A stretch of 64,000 bases of DNA, from the NCBI GenBank assembly GCA_946184615.1, contig CAMHFN010000011.1, forward strand, positions 5,035 to 69,034, written 5' to 3'. The translations under genes and the position numbers were made by a program. This DNA comes from an uncultured Bacteroidales bacterium. GTDB lineage: Bacteria; Bacteroidota; Bacteroidia; Bacteroidales; F082. The notes beneath the pieces are model-generated. The model did not search any database. It was given only the letters and a program-made list of their open reading frames with translations, and was not told where the DNA came from. Shown one piece after another: positions 46,156 through 53,542 of this stretch (its first letter is position 1; every line of letters starts with the position of its first letter).

Positions 46156-46910
46156 TGGCCGTTTACTTCGTCACCGACTTCCATCTGGGCATCCCCACGC
46201 TTGAGGACAGCCATGAGCGCGAGTTGAAACTGTTGCGGTTTCTCGACTCTATCAAGGCTGACTGTGAGGAATTGTTCTTGATGGGCGACTTATTCGACTT
46301 CTGGTTTGAGTACAAGTCGGTGATTCCTAGAGGTTTCGTGCGCATCCAAGGCAAACTGGCCGAATTCACTGATGCGGGCATTCCCGTGCATCTGTTCATC
46401 GGTAATCACGACCTATGGTGCTTCGGCTATCTGCATGACGAGTTAGGCATCCAGTTGCACCGCGAACCCGAGATCTTCACCCTGAAAGGCAAGAAGTTCT
46501 TTTTGGTCCACGGCGACGGCCAAGGTCCTGGTGACAAAGGCTACAAGTTTCTGAAGAAGGTGTTTTCAAACAAGGTCAATCAATTTTTGTTCCGCTGGAT
46601 CCATCCTGATATCAGCATCCGATTGGCCTTGCGCTGGTCGCACAACCACCGCTTGAAAAAGCTGAAAAACGAAGTGGAACGGGGCTATTACGACGACATC
46701 CCCAACACTCGCCTCTACCAATACGCCCAAGAGCAAGCCGCCTTGGATCCTTCCATCGACTTCTTCGTTTTCGGGCACCAGCACAAGCCCATGCAGTACA
46801 AGTCAGGTGATCACGCCTTGACCACCGTGGTGGGAAACTGGATTTACGATTTCACGTATGCGGTGTTTGATGGGGAGACGATGGAACAGAGATGGTTTGA
46901 GAAAGGTTGA
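46155..46910 (+). CDS. lpxH: UDP-2,3-diacylglucosamine diphosphatase
   Basis: Metallophosphoesterase motifs VTDFHLG, LMGDLFDFW, GNHD and VHGD are present. The ATG overlaps the PNP stop (ATGA-type overlap). Confidence 0.75.
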   Translation: MAVYFVTDFHLGIPTLEDSHERELKLLRFLDSIKADCEELFLMGDLFDFWFEYKSVIPRGFVRIQGKLAEFTDAGIPVHLFIGNHDLWCFGYLHDELGIQLHREPEIFTLKGKKFFLVHGDGQGPGDKGYKFLKKVFSNKVNQFLFRWIHPDISIRLALRWSHNHRLKKLKNEVERGYYDDIPNTRLYQYAQEQAALDPSIDFFVFGHQHKPMQYKSGDHALTTVVGNWIYDFTYAVFDGETMEQRWFEKG

Positions 46911-46955
46911 ATAAAAAATTTATCCAAATTAGGTTGCGATTATAAAAAAAGATTA

Positions 46956-46963
46956 TATCTTTG
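46956..46963 (+). promoter_or_regulatory. Putative -7 promoter box TATCTTTG with no downstream plus-strand ORF
   Basis: Matches TAnnTTTG, 8 nt upstream of the base of the 46972-47036 hairpin. Confidence 0.35.
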
Positions 46964-46971
46964 CAATCAGG

Positions 46972-47036
46972 AAGAAACCCATTTAGGATGCTGCCTTGGA
47001 TTGTAGTTCCAAGAACCAGTCTTAAATGGGTTTCTT
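46972..47036 (+). ncRNA. Candidate small structured RNA, or an unusually large bidirectional terminator
   Basis: Perfect 14-bp outer stem aagaaacccattta/taaatgggtttctt. It encloses a 37-nt loop with an inner hairpin cttgga-ttgtagt-tccaag (46995-47013). The 3' arm overlaps the last codons of the minus-strand ORF 47022..47408. Confidence 0.3.
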
Positions 47037-47408
47037 TATTTCCGTCAGTACTTTGTCACTATCGGAAATGCTATACAGTGAGGCCCCTCTTCCTTTTACC
47101 TCATTAACAATAAGCCAGGTCTTTTCTCCGCACAACTCTGTTTCAAAAACGAAGGACTTCTTCCCCCTTAAGTAAGATATCCCCATATAAGTAGCCTGTT
47201 CCAATACAGAACGAATTCTAAGAAGCATTTCGTTCTTTTCAAAATAGTGCTTATGAGGTTGGTTGAGGTATTCTTCTATTCCGCCACCAGTAATAGTTAT
47301 TGACAACTGAGCCTGTTTGTGGAAAACAGGCTCAGCATTTCTGAGAGTTGACAATGCTATCTTCTTTATCTCTTTTCTACGTTTTGATATATTATTAGAG
47401 TCATTCAC
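47022..47408 (-). CDS. Hypothetical protein (128 aa), AT-rich, no family recognised
   Basis: An intact ORF with an ATG start in an AT-rich stretch. No signal peptide and no motifs I can assign. Confidence 0.4.
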   Translation of the reverse strand: MNDSNNISKRRKEIKKIALSTLRNAEPVFHKQAQLSITITGGGIEEYLNQPHKHYFEKNEMLLRIRSVLEQATYMGISYLRGKKSFVFETELCGEKTWLIVNEVKGRGASLYSISDSDKVLTEIKKPI

Positions 47409-47498
47409 TTTACTGTTTTAAAGCAGCAAAGATAACAATAATTTGAATATAGTTAATTGCTATTATAGATTTTTAATCATATGTTTGTAACGAAATAA

Positions 47499-48875
47499 TT
47501 ATTCCACAACCACCTTTTTAACCATCCCACCTTCAGCTTTGACGAAATAGATGCCCAAAGGCAGTGTGAACGTATGCGTTCCCTCTTCGGAACGGCTTGT
47601 CGCAACAACTTGACCAAGTGTGTTATAGACAGTCACCTCTTTGGCTCCTTCCACGGTGAAAGCACCGTTTGCAGGGTTGGGATAGACACTGAAATCTGCT
47701 ACATCATTTTGCTCAACGACAGTGAACATGTTCTCCGACAGGTTGGAGAACGAGCGGGTCTCAACCTCATCGGCCCCCTCTGGCCTTTGGCCATCTCCCC
47801 CAGAGGGGCGAGAAACCCTGTCGAATGTGGCGGCCAAGATGGCCCTGCCTCCCACGAACGCGTTGGCACTGCACGTGTAATTGGTGATAGTGGTATTCAC
47901 TTCGTCAATCAGCGTGAGCTCTTCGGTGGCTGGGTTGTACTTGTAGATTTGGTAGCCGGTGAGTTGTCCTTCGGCTTCCTCTTGGATGTAAGGAGCATTC
48001 CATGTCATGTTTAGGTCGTTGTTCACGTCCAGATAATACGTGGTATGGATGGTCCCTTTCTGATAACTCGCAATGGGGCAGTCTTCGCCTTCCACGGACA
48101 CGCCTACGATTTGGTAGGTGCGGGCGGCGGCATCGCTGCCGATGGCGTCCAAGAAGTAGCCATTGGCATAGGGTGCTGTGCCTACGAGGTTGCCATCGCG
48201 ATACACTTTCAGTTCTGTGATGTACTCAGTCTGCTCGGGTGTGGCCAACCAAGTGACCTTGTTCTTGTTGGTACGCAAGTCAACAGTCGCTCGGTATAGC
48301 TCCACATTATCGCGGACTTCTACGGAGTAGGTGGCTGAGCCACAGGGATGATTGAAGATTACTGAATAAGTTCCGGGGTTCGTTACGACTATGTGCTTTG
48401 CTTCTTCACCCGTTGACCATAAAAACATTTTATTTGGCCATGTAGTATAGCATGGTGCTGAATTCCAAGGTGCGAGAAGGTGCGCCGATTCGCTTAATCT
48501 TTTCCAAACAATTGGATTGGTAATTGGTTGTTCGTATTGCAATGTATGAACATAATATATGTTAAATCCTGTTGTAATGTCACAACCAATGTAACCATAT
48601 TCTAAACATTGCTCTTCGTGATTATTCAAGATTACAATTGAATCAGCGTGTATCGTCTCATACGATGGATAGTTGTAGTACCAGTTCCATGTTGGATTAG
48701 CGCAATTTGGTTCTCCATGAATGATGACTCCAAGTAAATTTTCATCATCTGCACAAAGATAGAGATCACCATTATTTGCTATTGTAAATACATCAATGTT
48801 TATTTCTTCGTAGTACTGAGAAAAGCAAAACAACGTACTAACTAAACAGGTGAATAATGTGACAATTTTTTTCAT
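47499..48875 (-). CDS. Secreted protein of unknown function with T9SS C-terminal sorting domain
   Basis: Trimmed to ATG 48875 (MKKIVTLFTCLVSTLFCFSQ). The CTD reads FSVYPNPANGAFTVEGAKEVTVYNTLGQVVATSRSEEGTHTFTLPLGIYFVKAEGGMVKKVVVE. Confidence 0.7.
   Translation of the reverse strand: MKKIVTLFTCLVSTLFCFSQYYEEINIDVFTIANNGDLYLCADDENLLGVIIHGEPNCANPTWNWYYNYPSYETIHADSIVILNNHEEQCLEYGYIGCDITTGFNIYYVHTLQYEQPITNPIVWKRLSESAHLLAPWNSAPCYTTWPNKMFLWSTGEEAKHIVVTNPGTYSVIFNHPCGSATYSVEVRDNVELYRATVDLRTNKNKVTWLATPEQTEYITELKVYRDGNLVGTAPYANGYFLDAIGSDAAARTYQIVGVSVEGEDCPIASYQKGTIHTTYYLDVNNDLNMTWNAPYIQEEAEGQLTGYQIYKYNPATEELTLIDEVNTTITNYTCSANAFVGGRAILAATFDRVSRPSGGDGQRPEGADEVETRSFSNLSENMFTVVEQNDVADFSVYPNPANGAFTVEGAKEVTVYNTLGQVVATSRSEEGTHTFTLPLGIYFVKAEGGMVKKVVVE
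47563..47651. repeat. 89-nt segment identical to 50201-50289 (copy A, within a T9SS CTD)
   Basis: Hand alignment: agtgtgaacgtatgcgttccc...tctttggctccttc is identical in both copies. About 200 nt of flanking CTD is similar but diverged. Confidence 0.9.
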
Positions 48876-49267
48876 TTTTGTTTCCTTTCTTTTTATGATT
48901 ATTAATTTGATTTCGAGTTTCATTCCGCTGAAACGCTCATCATCAAAGCAAGGAAAACTCCTGAAAAAGAAAAAGGGCGGAATTGTCCAGTTTGCTTATT
49001 TCATATCCAGGCTCTGGTAAACCATGCAGTAAATAAGTAGAAACAATCCACGCCCAAGGCGCGAACCATCCGCAAAACTTATTCTCACTGCTTGAAATTT
49101 ACCAGATTTCGGATATGGAGAATAAGAGCGTCAGCTCTATGGTTTTAATATGTCAGTTTGTTATTCTTCTTTTATGCCATTTTATGTTTAACTGATGCAA
49201 ATATACGGTATTTTTGGATTCATAAAAATTTTTCCATATTTTGTTATTGGGGATAAAAATTTATCCC

Positions 49268-49275
49268 TATCTTTG
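49268..49275 (+). promoter_or_regulatory. Putative -7 promoter box TATCTTTG
   Basis: Matches TAnnTTTG, 21 nt upstream of ATG 49297. Confidence 0.45.
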
Positions 49276-49296
49276 CGTCGTTAAACAAATATAACT

Positions 49297-49523
49297 ATGC
49301 CTACTGTATTTGAGTTATTTGGTCTCCGCTTCTTCTTTTTCTCGGAAGACCATCCTCCATTCATGTTCATGTGGAAAGAGACGATGACGAAGCTAAAATC
49401 ACCGTCGAACCTGAAGTAGTTTATAACCATGGTCTCAAACCACAAGACTTGAAAAGGGCCTTAAAACTCATCAAGATGTACAAGGCTGAAATCATCGAGA
49501 CATGGAACCAGTATCACGACTAA
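49297..49523 (+). pseudogene. DUF4160-family gene interrupted by a frameshift
   Basis: Frame A reads MPTVFELFGLRFFFFSEDHPP and then hits a stop at 49417-49419. A frame shifted by one nt from about 49359 reads IHVHVERDDDEAKITVEPEVVYNHGLKPQDLKRALKLIKMYKAEIIETWNQYHD* (TAA 49521-49523). Together these give the DUF4160 pattern (F.F...DH.PPH.HV). Confidence 0.65.
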
Positions 49524-49951
49524 TGCCAGACGAATCAGAAACCATTATAAAAGTCTGGTTCGAAAACGAAAGAATCTATATACTGTCGAGCAGCGACAAA
49601 GTATATAGTCGCCCCTTAGAAGCCTTCCCCGTCCTTAAAGAAGCTTCGGACGAAGAAAGGAACAATTACACCATCACACTACATGGTGTGGCGCTACGGT
49701 GGAAAACATTGGATGAAGACATTCACATCACCAGCTTTTACAACACAGAAGAGCCCAACTGTCAAAACGAAGTCGCAGCCATTTTCAACCGCTTCCCCCA
49801 ACTCAACATCTCCGAAATCGCTCGACAGATGGGCATCAACAAAAGCCTTCTTTCCAAGTATATTTACGGCATCAAGAAGCCAAGTCCAGAGAGGCTTTCT
49901 TTGATTAAAGAGACGCTACACTCTTTGGGAAAGGAACTAATGAAAATATAA
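49523..49951 (+). CDS. DUF2442-like domain fused to a C-terminal HTH
   Basis: The ATG overlaps the upstream TAA (TAATG). IIKVWFENERIYILSSSDKVYSRPLEAFPVLKEAS...LRWKTLDEDIHITSF fits DUF2442. LNISEIARQMGINKSLLSKYIYGIKKPSPERL is an XRE-type HTH. Confidence 0.6.
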   Translation: MPDESETIIKVWFENERIYILSSSDKVYSRPLEAFPVLKEASDEERNNYTITLHGVALRWKTLDEDIHITSFYNTEEPNCQNEVAAIFNRFPQLNISEIARQMGINKSLLSKYIYGIKKPSPERLSLIKETLHSLGKELMKI

Positions 49952-50136
49952 AACCAACTATTCTACAATAATCTACCTGTAATGTTTTTGCCCTTTCAGG
50001 GCGAATTGATAACCCGTTGCGATCACCCCCTGGACTATTAGCTTGTTGCCCCTTCGGGGCGGCGCTTGAGGGCACTTGCAAAAGTTGAATTAATTTAGAA
50101 TTGTTCCACGCTCCCTCTAAATTCTAAAATCTTATT

Positions 50137-51990
50137 CTATTCCACTACCACTTTCTTCACCATCCCACTTACGGATTTGATAAAATAGATGCCCGATTGA
50201 AGTGTGAACGTATGCGTTCCCTCTTCGGAACGGCTTGTCGCAACAACTTGACCAAGTGTGTTATAGACAGTCACCTCTTTGGCTCCTTCAACAGTGAACG
50301 CACTGTTTGCCGGGTTGGGATAAACTTTGAAGAGCGCTGAGACTTCCTCATCGATTCCAGTAATACTCCTCACAGGGCCAACGCCGAGAGATGTGACTGT
50401 TCCCTGACAATTTGCAGCCGTTACCTGAACCATGATCATTGCTTCAACATCCGCTTCGGTCAAACTGTAGGTCTGGAACACGGCACCATCAATAGCAGTG
50501 GTGTCCCTAATCCATTGATAGCTCAATTCCCCCAAGTCAGGGATGGATGGAATGGAAGTTAAATCGGTCACAGCAGTCAAAGTCTGCCCGACAACGGTTT
50601 CACCGTCAATCTTAACCACTCCAAGTAATTCAGGCGTAACCGGAACGTTTAAAAGCTTTTCAATGGTGCCATAGGCGTTCAGTCTCCTGGCATCAGCTAC
50701 CAAGCCTTCAAGAGAAGTCAGATGGTCGGCACCGTCAAGAAGCGATTCTCTTACCAGCAGGGCGAAATCTGAGGGATTTTCTTTGCAGGCCAACATCATC
50801 TCTTCTGGCATTGCCGCATACATCAATGCAATGGTGCCGGAGACTTGAGGAGTAGCCATCGAAGTCCCTGTCTTATTGCCATAACTGTTATTAGGAATGG
50901 TGGAATAGATGAAGGTGCCTGGCGCTCCTATGTCGATGTTGTTGATGCCGTAGCCAGCGCCGTTGTTTTTCACATCGGCCGAGGTAGTATTGGTCACACC
51001 AATCAACCAGTCGCCAGGGCAGGTGGAAGGCACATCGCCAACTACATCGACATTCACATTCATATTTGGGCCAGCGCCACAACTCAAGATTCCGACTTGG
51101 CCCATTTCGTCATACATCGAACACCAAATCGGATAATCATCGGGATTGCCGTAATCAACACCGAAAGAAGAATTGGTGGCCACGACGAAAGCCCCTTCCT
51201 CGCCGTTGGTCTCGTTGTATCGCGCACGCATTTCCAGAACATACGAATAGGCCTCAACCACAATTGATTCATTTCCAGAGCTACCAGCCACAGGCATCAC
51301 TTGCACATTCCAATTCACGCCACAAACGCCTATTCTGTTGTTTCCAACCGCTCCGATGATGCCAGCAACATGGGTGCCATGGTCATTGCTGGGAACATTG
51401 CCGTTGTGATTATATGCATTCCAACCATGGAAATCATCAATATATCCATTATTGTCATCGTCAACACCGTTATTTGGAATCTCATGAGAATTCTTCCAGA
51501 AATTCAAATCTTCGTGACCCAAATCAACGCCTCCGTCAATGACGGCCACCACAATGGTATCGCCAGTCGCTGTAACACCGCCAGTAGTAAATGTATCCCA
51601 TGTCTGCGGCAAACTCATGATGGCTGGAGCCCATTGTTGGGAATAATAAGGATCATCTGGAACAATCTCACGTTGAACAATATTGGTATGGTTGTTTTGA
51701 ACAATACGCACATCATTGTTTTTTGCCAAACGATACATTTTGTCTTCTCTGAGTTCCTTGCTGCCAGTAATTTCAAAAAGCCATATATTCAAACGCTTAG
51801 ACAATTGTCTCACGGGTGTAATACCGGCATTGGAATTGGCAGCGAAAGTCGAGGCATCAATACCTTGTTCCAACCAAATGATGAACTCATTCTCCACATA
51901 AATGGCTTGCGGTTTCTGCTCTTGTCCAAAGGAATATATGGACAAGGAAAGCAAGGCCATGATAATTAAGGATTTGACGAAAGATTTCAT
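50137..51990 (-). CDS. S8 (subtilisin) family serine peptidase with T9SS C-terminal sorting domain
   Basis: Signal peptide, then the catalytic triad motifs VAVIDGGVD, HGTHVAGIIG and GTSMATPQVSG. The CTD is nearly identical to that of 47499..48875. Confidence 0.85.
   Translation of the reverse strand: MKSFVKSLIIMALLSLSIYSFGQEQKPQAIYVENEFIIWLEQGIDASTFAANSNAGITPVRQLSKRLNIWLFEITGSKELREDKMYRLAKNNDVRIVQNNHTNIVQREIVPDDPYYSQQWAPAIMSLPQTWDTFTTGGVTATGDTIVVAVIDGGVDLGHEDLNFWKNSHEIPNNGVDDDNNGYIDDFHGWNAYNHNGNVPSNDHGTHVAGIIGAVGNNRIGVCGVNWNVQVMPVAGSSGNESIVVEAYSYVLEMRARYNETNGEEGAFVVATNSSFGVDYGNPDDYPIWCSMYDEMGQVGILSCGAGPNMNVNVDVVGDVPSTCPGDWLIGVTNTTSADVKNNGAGYGINNIDIGAPGTFIYSTIPNNSYGNKTGTSMATPQVSGTIALMYAAMPEEMMLACKENPSDFALLVRESLLDGADHLTSLEGLVADARRLNAYGTIEKLLNVPVTPELLGVVKIDGETVVGQTLTAVTDLTSIPSIPDLGELSYQWIRDTTAIDGAVFQTYSLTEADVEAMIMVQVTAANCQGTVTSLGVGPVRSITGIDEEVSALFKVYPNPANSAFTVEGAKEVTVYNTLGQVVATSRSEEGTHTFTLQSGIYFIKSVSGMVKKVVVE
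50201..50289. repeat. 89-nt segment identical to 47563-47651 (copy B)
   Basis: See copy A. Same orientation, 2638 nt apart. Confidence 0.9.
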
Positions 51991-52031
51991 TATATTGTTT
52001 TTTTAGTTCTGCAAATATATTCTTTTTTCCA

Positions 52032-52039
52032 TATCTTTG
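52032..52039 (+). promoter_or_regulatory. Putative -7 promoter box TATCTTTG
   Basis: Matches TAnnTTTG, 36 nt upstream of ATG 52076. Confidence 0.45.
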
Positions 52040-52075
52040 TCATTCATTAAAATAATAATTCTCAAACCCTACAAT

Positions 52076-53443
52076 ATGAAAAAAACCGACAAGTACATCA
52101 AAGACAACAAGGACCGTTTCCTTGAGGAATTGTTTGAACTGATTCGCATCCCCTCCATCAGCTCGGAGGCGGAACACAAACCCGATATGATCCGCTGTGC
52201 GGAGTGCTGGCGCAAACACTTGCTGAAGGCCGGCGCCGACAAGGCCGAGGTGATGCCTACCGACGGCAACCCCATCGTGTATGGCGAGAAGATCATCGAC
52301 CCGAAGAAGCCCACCGTGCTAGTATATGGCCACTACGATGTGATGCCCGTGGATCCCATCGAGTTGTGGAAGACCAAGCCCTTTGAACCCGTGGTGAAGA
52401 ATGGCCGCATCTGGGCCCGTGGCGCCGACGACGACAAAGGTCAGTCGTTCATGCATGCCAAAGCTTTCGAGACCATGGTGCAGACCGGCACTCTGCCCTG
52501 CAATGTGAAGTTCATGCTTGAAGGCGAAGAGGAAATCGGTTCGGGCAGCCTCGCCAAATGGATCGTGAAATACAAGAATTTGGTCAAAGCCGATGTCATC
52601 TTGGTTTCCGACACTTCGATGATCGCCACAGACGTACCTTCGATCACCACTGGCTTGCGTGGTCTTGCCTACTGGGAGATCGAAGTCACCGGTCCCAACG
52701 CCGACCTGCACTCGGGCATCTTCGGCGGCAGCGTAGCCAATCCGCTGAATACGCTCTGCGAGTTGATCGCTGGCTGCATGGATGAGAACAACCACATCAC
52801 CATCCCCCACTTCTACGATGACGTGGTGACCTGCTCCCGCAAGGAACGCCAGCTGCTGAACATGGCCCCTTACGATGAAAAAGCCTATAAGGAAAGCCTC
52901 AATGTGAAGGCTCTCCGTGGCGAAATGGGCTACACCAAGATCGAGCGCGTCGGCATCCGTCCTACCTTCGACCTCTGCGGTATGTGGGGCGGTTACACCG
53001 GTGAGGGCAGCAAGACCGTGTTGCCCTCCAAGGCCTACGCCAAGCTCTCCTGCCGTCTGGTGCCGAACCAAGACCACGAGAAGATCGCCAAACTGGTGAA
53101 GAACTACTTCGAGAAGAAGGCTCCCAAGTACGTCACCGTGAAGGTCACCCCGCTGCATGGCGGACAAGCCTACGGCTGCCCCATCGACCTGCCGGCCTAC
53201 AAAGCTGCCGAGGCCGCTTACATGGACACCTACGGCAAGCAACCCATCCCGATGCGTTCCGGCGGTTCCATCCCGATCATCTCTGAATTCGAGCGCGTGC
53301 TGGGCATCAAGTCCATCCTCATGGGCTTCGGCCTCGGTGAGGACGCCATCCACTCCCCCAACGAGAACTACCGCCTCGACCACTTCTACAAGGGCATCGA
53401 GACGATCATTCAGTTCTATCAGCATTTTGCTGAAAAAAGATAA
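52076..53443 (+). CDS. M20 family metallopeptidase (dipeptidase-like)
   Basis: Trimmed to ATG 52076. LIRIPSISSE, VLVYGHYDVMP, ARGADDDKGQ, LEGEEEIGS and HSPNE are present. Confidence 0.8.
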   Translation: MKKTDKYIKDNKDRFLEELFELIRIPSISSEAEHKPDMIRCAECWRKHLLKAGADKAEVMPTDGNPIVYGEKIIDPKKPTVLVYGHYDVMPVDPIELWKTKPFEPVVKNGRIWARGADDDKGQSFMHAKAFETMVQTGTLPCNVKFMLEGEEEIGSGSLAKWIVKYKNLVKADVILVSDTSMIATDVPSITTGLRGLAYWEIEVTGPNADLHSGIFGGSVANPLNTLCELIAGCMDENNHITIPHFYDDVVTCSRKERQLLNMAPYDEKAYKESLNVKALRGEMGYTKIERVGIRPTFDLCGMWGGYTGEGSKTVLPSKAYAKLSCRLVPNQDHEKIAKLVKNYFEKKAPKYVTVKVTPLHGGQAYGCPIDLPAYKAAEAAYMDTYGKQPIPMRSGGSIPIISEFERVLGIKSILMGFGLGEDAIHSPNENYRLDHFYKGIETIIQFYQHFAEKR

Positions 53444-53456
53444 AGAACGGCCTACA

Positions 53457-53505
53457 TTGACATGAACCCCGAAAGTTTTTTTCCAACTTTCGGGGTTCAT
53501 GTCAA
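53457..53505. terminator. Perfect 21-bp inverted repeat between convergent genes (probable bidirectional terminator)
   Basis: The arms are ttgacatgaaccccgaaagtt and aactttcggggttcatgtcaa, with loop tttttcc. Confidence 0.6.
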
Positions 53506-53542
53506 TAAGACGAATTGGATTCGAAAAAGGTACAGTTTTAAA

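Noticed and set aside
48924-49296. ORF-free ~370-nt region with a 9-bp inverted repeat (cttattctc ... gagaataag, about 49079-49133), examined for a tRNA, att site or ncRNA
   Set aside because: I found no cloverleaf, no conserved ncRNA motif I recognise, and no repeat partner elsewhere in the window. It is noted only as part of the AT-rich islet finding.
52319-53500. 393-aa ORF on the minus strand
   Set aside because: It lies entirely antisense to the well-supported M20 peptidase gene. Its composition (G/V/D/H/A-rich, no motifs) is typical of a shadow frame in GC-rich coding DNA.
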